DNA from: PVC group bacterium
GTDB taxonomy: Bacteria > GCA-001730085 > JADFSZ01
Reading direction: 5' to 3'
DNA length: 7,355 nucleotides
NCBI GenBank assembly: GCA_022560555.1
Contig: JADFSZ010000086.1
Location: 1 to 7,355, forward strand
The notes beneath the pieces are model-generated. The model searched no databases, was not told the DNA's origin, and saw nothing but the letters and a program-made list of their open reading frames with translations. Each line of letters begins with the position of its first letter. The first letter of the stretch is position 1. Of this stretch, positions 1-6,915 are shown piece after piece. The translations under genes were made by a program, and so were the position numbers.

Positions 1-171
1 GGGGTGTGCTCGATCGGATGGGCCAAGTGCAGTGATGATCATCCCTGTCCTCTGCATCCTCACTTTAAGAAGTTGCGAGAGGCCATTCGTTCTTTTCTTG
101 AATCCGTTGATATTGCCGTTTTTGCCGAGGTGGAAAAGTTTAAGAAGAAGAAACAAAAAACACTGAAATAG
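1..171 (+). CDS. 3' end (56 codons) of an unidentified protein: Cys/His-rich segment followed by a Lys-rich tail. The 5' part lies outside the window.
   Basis: Frame 1 is open from position 1 to TAG at 169-171 (GVCSIGWAKCSDDHPCPLHPHFKKLREAIRSFLESVDIAVFAEVEKFKKKKQKTLK*). Three Cys and three His within about 20 residues hint at a metal or Fe-S site. No family can be assigned from this fragment. It is on the same strand as the next gene and 53 nt upstream of it. Confidence 0.45.
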   Translation, partial: GVCSIGWAKCSDDHPCPLHPHFKKLREAIRSFLESVDIAVFAEVEKFKKKKQKTLK

Positions 172-211
172 GAGTACATAGCCGATAGGCTAGGACAAAT
201 TTATATGACAA

Positions 212-217
212 AAGGAG
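212..217 (+). promoter_or_regulatory. Shine-Dalgarno sequence (AAGGAG) for the cytochrome c / EB_dh gene
   Basis: AAGGAG lies 7 nt upstream of ATG 225 and only 4 nt upstream of GTG 222, which favours ATG 225 as the start. Confidence 0.6.
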
Positions 218-224
218 TATCGTG

Positions 225-317
225 ATGGAGTGGAGGAGTTTTAATTTTAAGAAATGGGTCGTTAGATTTGTCATGATGTCTATGGGCTTTTTTACAATGA
301 TATGTGTGCTTGGGGCT
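225..317 (+). other. Predicted Sec signal peptide of the cytochrome c / EB_dh protein
   Basis: MEWRSFNFKKWVVRFVMMSMGFFTMICVLGA|ES has a basic N-region, a hydrophobic core and a small-residue site (LGA). There is no twin-arginine motif. This fits covalent heme c attachment in the periplasm. Confidence 0.6.
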
Positions 318-1889
318 GAATCCGTTAAAAAGAGTCCTGGCCCGACACCCGAACTCTTCGATCGTGGTCGGGTGATTTATGAAAAGCAGTGTGCCGTTTG
401 TCACGGTGCGGATGGGGCAGGGGATGGCGAAGCTGCGTATCTTTTATACCCCAAACCAAGAGATTTTACGCAAAATAAATTTCGTCTGGTTTCGACGAAA
501 AACATGAAAGCCACGGATGAAGATTTGTTTTCTTCAATCAGTCGAGGAATGCCCGGATCGTCCATGCCGTCCTGGGAACACTTAAGTGAAAATGACCGCT
601 GGGGACTTGTGTACTATGTGCGTTATCTCGCAGAAAAAAAGTCTTCTAGTGGTGAAGAAGGCGTTTTGTCGGGTATCGAGACAGAAACAATCCCGTGGGA
701 TGATTTAATCAAGATGCTTTCGAGCGAACCTAATCCAAAGTCTAGTATCCAGGTTACAGAAGAACCTCAGATCACCCCGGAAGGAATTGAAAAGGGAAAA
801 GAGCTTTTTGCAATGGCCTGTGCAGACTGCCATGGGAAAGAAGGCAAAGGAGACGCCGTCCAGAAGATGACGGATAGTTCCGGATATGCGATCCGTCCGA
901 GAGACCTGACAACAGGTGTTTTTATGCGCAATGATAGCTCAAAAGAACTGTATTGGCGTATTATCGGCGGATTGCCGGGGACCCCGATGCCGTCCTACTA
1001 TGAAGTTTTTACAGAAGAAGAGCTATGGAACCTCATTCATTATACACAAACTCTTTCTCCGCCGAATTCTCATAATCGCCAGCGGCTTTTCAGGAAGGAA
1101 ATCCCCGTGCAGGAAGTTCAGAATGTACTTGAGAAGGATCCTCTCGCACAACAATGGATGGGTCAAACCCCCATCCATATTACTATGGCGCCTCTGTGGC
1201 GGACGGCCGAACAAATCGAGAGTATTGATGTCAGAGTTCTCCGGAATGATAAACAAGTAGGCATTCATATGACTTGGAAAGATGACACCCTGAATGATTC
1301 TTTAGTCAAGACACAGTCTTTTTCGGATGGGGTTGCACTGCAGTTCTCTAATGAGGAGGATCCTCCCACTTTTACCATGGGGTCTAAAGATTCCCCGGTC
1401 ACTATTTGGCACTGGAAAGCGGCTTGGCAAAAAGATTTGAACCAAAGAGAAGATATCGAAGACGAGTATCCCAATGCCGCGGTTGATTGGTACGAGTCGG
1501 AAACAACCTATGAACATGGCACACCTTTTGAGTTGAGCCAATCAAAAACAGAGTTGCACGCGACAGAATATCTCACGGGACACAAAGCAGGCAACCCATT
1601 GTCTGATCCTAAAAGGAAAACGGCCGTTGAAATCGCCAGAGCCAAAGGGTTTGGCACCTTGACGCCTATGAATCTTAAAAAAGAAAATGTTCTTGTAAAA
1701 GGATCCTGGAAGGACGGTGTGTGGCATGTTGTTTTTATCCGAGACTTAAAATCGGGCGAAGGGGTGGAATTTTCTCCCCAGAAGAAGTTGAGTATTGCGT
1801 TTGCCGCTTGGGATGGAGAGGAAAAGGACCGCAATGGTCAAAAGGTTGTTTCAAGCTGGAATCGTTTATTGTTGATGAATTCAAAATAA
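225..1889 (+). CDS. Periplasmic diheme cytochrome c fused to an EB_dh/DOMON-type heme b domain (NxrC-like gamma subunit of a type II DMSO-reductase-family enzyme)
   Basis: Long ORF (track 222..1889), TAA stop at 1887-1889. There are two CXXCH heme c sites: CAVCH at 390-404 and CADCH at 819-833. Each sits in a repeated cbb3/FixP-like class-I cytochrome c module (C-x2-CHG-x-[DE]G-x-GD ... PRD[FL]T ... G[ML]PG[ST]-x-MPS ... W-x-L[IV]-x-Y). The C-terminal half (about 1101-1886) reads like gamma subunits of ethylbenzene dehydrogenase, chlorate, selenate and DMS dehydrogenases and NxrC: FSDGVALQF, PTFTMGSKDSPVTIWHWKAAW, KGSWKDGVWHVVFIRDL, IAFAAWDGEEKDRNGQKVVSSW. Candidate heme b axial ligands, by analogy to EbdC Met/Lys, are Met at 1377-1379 and Lys at 1842-1844. 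Confidence 0.85.
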   Translation: MEWRSFNFKKWVVRFVMMSMGFFTMICVLGAESVKKSPGPTPELFDRGRVIYEKQCAVCHGADGAGDGEAAYLLYPKPRDFTQNKFRLVSTKNMKATDEDLFSSISRGMPGSSMPSWEHLSENDRWGLVYYVRYLAEKKSSSGEEGVLSGIETETIPWDDLIKMLSSEPNPKSSIQVTEEPQITPEGIEKGKELFAMACADCHGKEGKGDAVQKMTDSSGYAIRPRDLTTGVFMRNDSSKELYWRIIGGLPGTPMPSYYEVFTEEELWNLIHYTQTLSPPNSHNRQRLFRKEIPVQEVQNVLEKDPLAQQWMGQTPIHITMAPLWRTAEQIESIDVRVLRNDKQVGIHMTWKDDTLNDSLVKTQSFSDGVALQFSNEEDPPTFTMGSKDSPVTIWHWKAAWQKDLNQREDIEDEYPNAAVDWYESETTYEHGTPFELSQSKTELHATEYLTGHKAGNPLSDPKRKTAVEIARAKGFGTLTPMNLKKENVLVKGSWKDGVWHVVFIRDLKSGEGVEFSPQKKLSIAFAAWDGEEKDRNGQKVVSSWNRLLLMNSK

Positions 1890-1897
1890 AGTATTTT

Positions 1898-1905
1898 GAG
1901 GAGGG
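1898..1905 (+). promoter_or_regulatory. Shine-Dalgarno sequence (GAGGAGGG) for nxrA-like gene
   Basis: A strong purine-rich SD lies 5 nt upstream of ATG 1911. It overlaps the TTG at 1896 used by the ORF track, which argues against that upstream start. Confidence 0.7.
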
Positions 1906-1910
1906 TTTTT

Positions 1911-2000
1911 ATGGGAATTACACGCAGAACATTCCTAAAGATTTCGGGGGCAACGGGAATGGGTCTTTTTCTCGCATCGCGACAGCTCTCCCTTTATGCC
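1911..2000 (+). other. Twin-arginine (Tat) signal peptide of the NxrA-like protein
   Basis: TRRTFLK (1920-1940) matches the S/T-R-R-x-F-L-K consensus. It is followed by the hydrophobic stretch ISGATGMGLFLA and a possible cleavage region SLYA|FE. Confidence 0.75.
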
Positions 2001-5000
2001 TTTGAATCAATCCAAGATGTCGAAAATCCTCTTGATTATTATCCCAATAGAGATTGGGAAAAAATCTATCGTGATCAATACAAGTATGACAGTACTTTTT
2101 CGTGGGTTTGCTCTCCGAATGATACCCATGCGTGTCGCTGTATGGCCTATGTTAGGAATGGGATTGTCTTTCGATTGGGCTCTGAATATAACTACGAAAA
2201 ATATGCAGATCTTTATGGCAACAAAGCCACAGTAAACTGGAACCCACGTCAGTGCTCCAAAGGCTACACGTTTCATCGCCTTCTCTATGGGCCGTATCGA
2301 TTGAAATATCCGCTGATCCGCCGAGGCTGGCGCCAATGGGCGGATGATGGGTTTCCCGATCTTAATCAAAAAAACAAAGTGAAATATAAATTTGATTCCC
2401 GCGGAACAGATACACTTGAAAAAGTTTCTTGGGATGAGGCCAATACATATATTGCCAACGCCATGATTGCCATCGCGAAACGTTACAGTGGAGACAAAGG
2501 GAAAAAGAAACTAAAAGCTCAAGGATATCCCGAAGAAATGCTCAATGCCATGCATGGGGCGGGCACTCGAACATTCAAAATGCGGGGCGGCATGGGGCTT
2601 TTGGGTGTCTTTGGAAAATATGGAATGTATCGACTGAGTAATACGATGGCCCTGCTGGATACATATATTCGGGGGGTCGATGAAAAAAAAGCCAAGGGGG
2701 CACGTGCTTGGTCCAACTATACATGGCATGGGGATCAGGCCCCGGGACATCCGTGGGTGCATGGTCTTCAGAACGCGGACTGTGATTTCAATGACTTGAG
2801 ATCCAGCAAGCTCATCATTCAAGATGGAAAGAATCTGGTTGAAAATAAAATGACAGACTCCCATTGGTTTATCGAATGTATGGAACGTGGTGCAAAACTT
2901 GTCACGATCTCCCCGGAATACAGTCCTCCATCCACAAAATCAGATTATTGGATCCCCATTCGGCCGGGAACCGATGCGGCGCTTTTTCTGGGGATTACAC
3001 GCATCATGTTTGATCAAAATTGGTATGATCGGGATTTTGTTTTGAAATATACAGACTTTCCTTTACTTATCCGCTTGGATAATCTTCGTCGCCTCAGAGC
3101 CAATGATATATTTCCAGATTATCAACTGGGGCTTTCTTCGGATAGTCCCAGTTTTAAATATCAAGGGCTGAAAAAAGAGCAATATGAAAAATTGGGGGAT
3201 TTTGTTGTTTGGGATTCTCTCAAACAAAAACCTGTTCCGTTAACCCGCGATGATATGGGTCAAAGAATGACAAAGAAAAATATTAACCCTATTTTAGAAG
3301 GGACTTTTACCGTTAAAACAGTTGATGGAAAAGAGGTCGAGGTGATGACCTTGTTTTCCCTCTATCAAGGACATCTCAAAGACTATGATCTTGACAGCGT
3401 GGTTGAGATGACGAGCGCGCCCAAAGATCTTATTTTTCAATTGGCTAAAGATCTTGCGACCATTAAGCCTGCGGCCATCCATCAAGGAGAAGGAATCAAT
3501 CATTATTTTCATGCCACCGAAATGAATCGTGCGGCATATCTTCCCATGATGTTAACCGGAAATATCGGGAAACCCGGGGCCGGATGTTTTGGGTGGGCCG
3601 GAAACTATAAAGCCGCGCTTTTTCAAGGATCTCCTTGGACAGGCCCCGGGTTCAAAGGATGGGTGGCTGAAAATCCGTTTCACCCTAACCTTGATCCAAA
3701 AGCCTCGGGACGTGATGTGAAGACCAAGGCATATTTTAAGGATGAAGAACCGGCGTATTGGAATCATGGAGATCGGCCGCTCATTGTCGATACCCCCAAG
3801 AAAGGACGCAAAGTATTTACCGGTGATACGCATATGCCGACGCCGACAAAAATAATTATGACAAATAATGTCAACCTGATTAATAACGCGAAACATGCCT
3901 ACGAAATGATTAAAAATGTCAATCCCAATGTGGAGATGATTGTGACTATCGATATTCAGATGACAGCCACAATCGAATACTCGGATATTGCATTGCCAGC
4001 CAATAGCTGGCTGGAGTTTGAAGGACTCGAAGTGACCGCGTCCTGCTCAAATCCCTTTTTGCAGATATGGGAGGGAGGCATCCCCCCGATTTTTGATTCC
4101 AGGGACGACCTCGTCATCTTGGCTAAAGTTGCAGAAAAATTGGGACAAATCACAGGCGATAAGCGGTTCTATGACTATTGGAAATTTGCACTCGAAAACA
4201 ATCGGGAGATTTACATTCAGCGACTCTTGGATTCAAGCACAACGACAACAGGATATCAACTTGAGGACATCATGAATGGGAAGTACGGCCCTCCGGGCGG
4301 AGCTTTGATGCTTTTCAGGACCTATCCGCGGATTCCTTTTTGGGAGCAAATCCATGACAATGAGCCCTTTCATACGGACACCGGACGGATGCATGCCTAT
4401 ACGGATATTCCTGAAGCCATTGAGTACGGAGAAAATTTTGTTGTGCATCGCGAAGGGCCTGAAGCAACGCCGTATCTTCCGAATGTTATTGTGAGTTCCA
4501 ATCCTTATATTCGTCCGGAAGATTATGGCATTCCGAAGGATGCCGAACATTGGGATCATCGAACAATAAGAAACATTCGTATGTCTTGGGAAGACGTTAA
4601 AAAAACGAAAAACTTCCTTTGGGAAAAAGGATTCCAGTTTTACTGTATGACTCCGAAAAGCCGGCACCGTGTTCATTCCATGTGGAGTAATGTAGATTGG
4701 CATCAGATCTGGGATTCGAATTTTGGCGATCCCTATCGTATGGATAAACGAACTCCGGGAGTTGGTGAACAGCAGCTTCATCTCAACCCTCAGGCAGCCA
4801 AAGACCTGAATATTAAAGACGGGGACTATGTTTATGTGGATGCGAATCCCGCGGACCGACCCTACGTAGGAGCTTCTCCTGATGATCCGTTTTATAAAGT
4901 GGCTCGACTGATGCTTCGTGTAAAATTTAATTCTGCCTATCCATACCATGTCGCTATGATGAAACACGGAACATACATCGCGACTGAAAAATCTGTGAAG

Positions 5001-5351
5001 GCCCATGAAACAAGAAAAGATAAACGTGCTTTATCTGAGGGTGGAATGTATCAGGCGAATTTCCGCTATGGATCCCAGCAAAGTGTGACGCGCAACTGGC
5101 ATATGCCCATGCATCAGACGGATACTCTTTTTCACAAGTCAAAAGTTTTTATGTCCTTTCTGTTTGGCGGGGAAGCTGATAATCACGCGGTCAATACGGT
5201 TCCCAAAGAAACATTGGTTCGAATCACAAAGGCTGAAGACGGTGGGCTTGGGGGAAAAGGTGTGTGGGCCCCCGCGAAAACCGGATATACACCGGCCAAT
5301 GAAAATGACGTGATGAAAAAATATTTAATTGGCGGTTTTATACAAACCTAA
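1911..5351 (+). CDS. nxrA: Tat-exported molybdopterin (Mo-bisPGD) oxidoreductase catalytic subunit, periplasmic nitrite oxidoreductase alpha-like (NxrA/NarG family, type II DMSO reductase)
   Basis: 1146 aa from ATG 1911 (in frame with track ORF 1896..5351), TAA stop at 5349-5351. The N-terminus MGITRRTFLKISGATGMGLFLA carries a consensus twin-arginine motif. An N-terminal FS0-type cluster motif C-x3-D-x3-C ... C lies at 2109-2255. The segment WHGDQAPGHPW...LIIQDGKNLVENKMTDSHWFIECMERGAKLVTISPEYSPPSTKSDYWIPIRPGTDAALFLG aligns by eye with the E. coli NarG region around the Mo-ligand Asp222 (..ADLPP..IIAWGSNVPQTRTPDAHFF..GTKTVAVTPDY..LWLAPKQGTDAAMALA). That places a candidate Mo-ligand Asp at 2733-2735. 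The length of about 1150 aa and the Tat signal fit the Nitrospira/anammox-type NxrA rather than the roughly 900-980-aa Pcr/Clr/Ser/Ebd alpha subunits. Substrate specificity cannot be proven from sequence. Confidence 0.85.
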   Translation: MGITRRTFLKISGATGMGLFLASRQLSLYAFESIQDVENPLDYYPNRDWEKIYRDQYKYDSTFSWVCSPNDTHACRCMAYVRNGIVFRLGSEYNYEKYADLYGNKATVNWNPRQCSKGYTFHRLLYGPYRLKYPLIRRGWRQWADDGFPDLNQKNKVKYKFDSRGTDTLEKVSWDEANTYIANAMIAIAKRYSGDKGKKKLKAQGYPEEMLNAMHGAGTRTFKMRGGMGLLGVFGKYGMYRLSNTMALLDTYIRGVDEKKAKGARAWSNYTWHGDQAPGHPWVHGLQNADCDFNDLRSSKLIIQDGKNLVENKMTDSHWFIECMERGAKLVTISPEYSPPSTKSDYWIPIRPGTDAALFLGITRIMFDQNWYDRDFVLKYTDFPLLIRLDNLRRLRANDIFPDYQLGLSSDSPSFKYQGLKKEQYEKLGDFVVWDSLKQKPVPLTRDDMGQRMTKKNINPILEGTFTVKTVDGKEVEVMTLFSLYQGHLKDYDLDSVVEMTSAPKDLIFQLAKDLATIKPAAIHQGEGINHYFHATEMNRAAYLPMMLTGNIGKPGAGCFGWAGNYKAALFQGSPWTGPGFKGWVAENPFHPNLDPKASGRDVKTKAYFKDEEPAYWNHGDRPLIVDTPKKGRKVFTGDTHMPTPTKIIMTNNVNLINNAKHAYEMIKNVNPNVEMIVTIDIQMTATIEYSDIALPANSWLEFEGLEVTASCSNPFLQIWEGGIPPIFDSRDDLVILAKVAEKLGQITGDKRFYDYWKFALENNREIYIQRLLDSSTTTTGYQLEDIMNGKYGPPGGALMLFRTYPRIPFWEQIHDNEPFHTDTGRMHAYTDIPEAIEYGENFVVHREGPEATPYLPNVIVSSNPYIRPEDYGIPKDAEHWDHRTIRNIRMSWEDVKKTKNFLWEKGFQFYCMTPKSRHRVHSMWSNVDWHQIWDSNFGDPYRMDKRTPGVGEQQLHLNPQAAKDLNIKDGDYVYVDANPADRPYVGASPDDPFYKVARLMLRVKFNSAYPYHVAMMKHGTYIATEKSVKAHETRKDKRALSEGGMYQANFRYGSQQSVTRNWHMPMHQTDTLFHKSKVFMSFLFGGEADNHAVNTVPKETLVRITKAEDGGLGGKGVWAPAKTGYTPANENDVMKKYLIGGFIQT

Positions 5352-5354
5352 AAA

Positions 5355-5360
5355 AGGGAG
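5355..5360 (+). promoter_or_regulatory. Shine-Dalgarno sequence (AGGGAG) for the 97-aa ORF
   Basis: It lies 5 nt upstream of ATG 5366 and only 4 nt after the nxrA stop codon, which suggests translational coupling. Confidence 0.6.
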
Positions 5361-5365
5361 CCGAA

Positions 5366-5659
5366 ATGGTTAAAAAAGACATTGAGCCCGATGATCCCAT
5401 GGAGATGGTAGGGGTGGAGCTTCCCGGACAAACCGAAGAACAGCTTAGGGATATGGTTCTTTGTTTTACAGAAGAATTTGTTCGGAATGGGTGGGATGAA
5501 AATAGGATTTTGTTTGTCTTTCGTAATCCTATGTATTATGGACCTTATATGGCATGGAAACAAAAAGGAACCCAGTATGTGCGCTCTGCCATTCATGAAG
5601 CGATGCGCATGTGGCGTCCCCATCATCGGCCGGGAAAGAGCCCGCGAGGGATATCATGA
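5366..5659 (+). CDS. Small hypothetical protein (97 aa), no family recognised; candidate NXR-associated accessory protein
   Basis: The ORF has a good SD, a 14-nt spacer after nxrA, a TGA stop at 5657-5659, and nxrA-like Arg codon use (mostly CGN). It has an acidic N-terminus (DIEPDDPMEM), an aromatic core (GWDENRILFVFRNPMYYGPYMAWKQKG) and a basic Pro-rich tail (RMWRPHHRPGKSPRGIS). It has no signal peptide, no TM segment and a single Cys. Confidence 0.6.
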   Translation: MVKKDIEPDDPMEMVGVELPGQTEEQLRDMVLCFTEEFVRNGWDENRILFVFRNPMYYGPYMAWKQKGTQYVRSAIHEAMRMWRPHHRPGKSPRGIS

Positions 5660-5751
5660 AAAGCTTTCGTCTATGTGCTTTTAGAGTTTAAACACTAAGT
5701 TGCATTGTATAGAAGCGAGAAAAATATTGGTTTAAAGTTGAATAAAGTCGA

Positions 5752-5756
5752 GAGGA
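5752..5756 (+). promoter_or_regulatory. Shine-Dalgarno-like sequence (GAGGA) for the NMO/FabK-family gene
   Basis: GAGGA lies 3 nt before ATG 5760 and 6 nt before the adjacent ATG 5763. The true start may be either of the tandem ATGs. Confidence 0.5.
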
Positions 5757-5759
5757 AGA

Positions 5760-6851
5760 ATGATGATTGATAAATTAAAACCGTTAGTAATCGGGGACAT
5801 AGAGGTAAAGATCCCAATTGTTCAAGGGGGTATGGGCGTTAGGGTGTCTTTGGCTTCATTGGCAAGCGCTGTAGCCGATTATGGTGGGGCAGGAACTATC
5901 TCGAGCGTAGGTCTTGGTTTTGGCAGCGAAGACCATGAAAGACATTTTGTTAAGGCCTCAAACGAGGGTCTTGAAAAAGAAATTGATAAGGCGAAGGCAT
6001 TAACAAAGGGAGTGATAGGCGTCAATATCATGGTGGCCTTGAGTAATTTCGAAGAACTGGTTCGCACTACAGCACGCCGGAAAGCTGACTATATTGCCGC
6101 TGGTGCCGGGTTGCCGTTAAAATTGCCGGAATATGTTGAGGGCAGCTCAATAAAATTGATACCGATTGTTTCATCTGCAAGAGCGGCGGACATAATAATG
6201 AGGACTTGGAAGAAACGCTATAATCGACTTCCTGATGCTATTATTGTTGAAGGTCCGTTGGCCGGAGGACATTTGGGGTTTAAATTTGAAGAGGTTGAAT
6301 CGAAAAGGGAAAATGTTCTTGAGGATTTGTTTGTGGATGTTTTGAAGCGGGTTCGTCAATACGAAAAAGATTTTAATGTAAATATCCCTGTTATTGCGGC
6401 GGGAGGGGTATTTGACGGAAAGGATGCAGCCAAGTATTTTCGATTGGGGGCTAGGGGGGTGCAGCTGGGCAGTCGTTTTGTTGTAACCCATGAATGCTCT
6501 GTTGCCCATGAATTTAAAGAACTGTATCTAAAGGCACGAGAAGAAGATATCGTTATTATAAAAAGCCCTGTGGGTATGCCGGGGAGAGTTATCAGAACTA
6601 AGTTTGTTGATAGAGTCATGTCCGGAGAAAGGGTGCCGGTCAAATGTCTTTATCGTTGTCTTAAGACTTGTGTTCCTAAGACAACCCCTTATTGCATTGC
6701 CAAGGCATTGTATGCGGCTGCGGAGGGAGACATTGATAATGCTGTTGTTTTTGCCGGAAGTAATGTCTCAAGGATCACGAAAATTGTATCCGTCAAAGAG
6801 TTAATGGATGAGATTGTGGAAGATGCGATTAAAGAGTTAGCCATAACATAA
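5760..6851 (+). CDS. FMN-dependent oxidoreductase of the nitronate monooxygenase / 2-nitropropane dioxygenase-like / enoyl-ACP reductase II (FabK) family
   Basis: 363 aa, TAA stop at 6849-6851. Family hallmarks read directly: IPIVQGGMG (N-terminal FMN/TIM-barrel motif), GVNIM, IIVEGPLAGGHLG (the EAGGH-type catalytic His motif), IPVIAAGGVFDGKDAA, GARGVQLGSRFV. From memory, the stretch FVVTHECSVAHEFKELYLKAREEDIVII parallels S. pneumoniae FabK FVVAKESNAHPNYKEKILKARDIDTTI. No signal peptide, so it is predicted cytoplasmic. It also has an extra C-terminal Cys cluster, C-x3-C-x3-C-x7-C. Confidence 0.85.
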   Translation: MMIDKLKPLVIGDIEVKIPIVQGGMGVRVSLASLASAVADYGGAGTISSVGLGFGSEDHERHFVKASNEGLEKEIDKAKALTKGVIGVNIMVALSNFEELVRTTARRKADYIAAGAGLPLKLPEYVEGSSIKLIPIVSSARAADIIMRTWKKRYNRLPDAIIVEGPLAGGHLGFKFEEVESKRENVLEDLFVDVLKRVRQYEKDFNVNIPVIAAGGVFDGKDAAKYFRLGARGVQLGSRFVVTHECSVAHEFKELYLKAREEDIVIIKSPVGMPGRVIRTKFVDRVMSGERVPVKCLYRCLKTCVPKTTPYCIAKALYAAAEGDIDNAVVFAGSNVSRITKIVSVKELMDEIVEDAIKELAIT

Positions 6852-6915
6852 AATAAAACCAGGTAAGTGCTGGGGTGTGGCAATTGTGGAAAATGAATTA
6901 TGGATATGAACGGAT

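Noticed and set aside
179-192. Small hairpin TAGCC-GATA-GGCTA between the first partial ORF and the cytochrome gene
   Set aside because: The stem is 5 bp with no following T-tract. It is too weak to call a terminator or a regulatory structure.
169-227. Possible TAG read-through of the upstream partial ORF: 17 more sense codons end at a TGA that overlaps the next gene's ATG (TGATG at 223-227)
   Set aside because: An open stretch of 17 codons is expected by chance fairly often. The extension (EYIADRLGQIYMTKGVS) contains the downstream gene's SD and rare codons. The Lys-rich tail before the TAG looks like a natural C-terminus. It is kept only as a caveat to the nxrB TAG finding.
1896-1910. TTG at 1896 as the nxrA start (the ORF-track start, MRRVFMGITRR...)
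   Set aside because: The strong SD GAGGAGGG (1898-1905) overlaps this TTG and is ideally spaced for ATG 1911. Starting at ATG 1911 also gives a normal Tat signal N-region (MGITRRTFLK).
4233-5006. A 257-aa ORF on the minus strand, entirely inside nxrA
   Set aside because: It is antisense to a strongly supported, motif-rich CDS. Its translation is low-complexity and rich in R/I/F/H, as is typical of shadow frames. It has no SD and no recognisable motifs. The other overlapping track ORFs (e.g. 916..1260+, 1508..1834-, 2007..2369-, 2511..2864-, 3552..3896-, 6171..6509-, 6356..6643-) were rejected for the same reasons.
5659-5682. Inverted repeat AAAAGC (5659-5664) / GCTTTT (5677-5682) after the small ORF, as a possible rho-independent terminator
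   Set aside because: The stem is only 6 bp and AT-rich, with a 12-nt loop, so predicted stability is poor. It is not enough to call a terminator, although the 100-nt AT-rich spacer could still hold regulatory signals.
5700-5728. Sigma70-like promoter candidate TTGCAT (5700-5705), 17 nt spacer, AATATT (5723-5728), upstream of the NMO-like gene
   Set aside because: It matches only 3/6 and 4/6 of the consensus hexamers in an AT-rich spacer, where such matches arise by chance. It needs transcript-start data.
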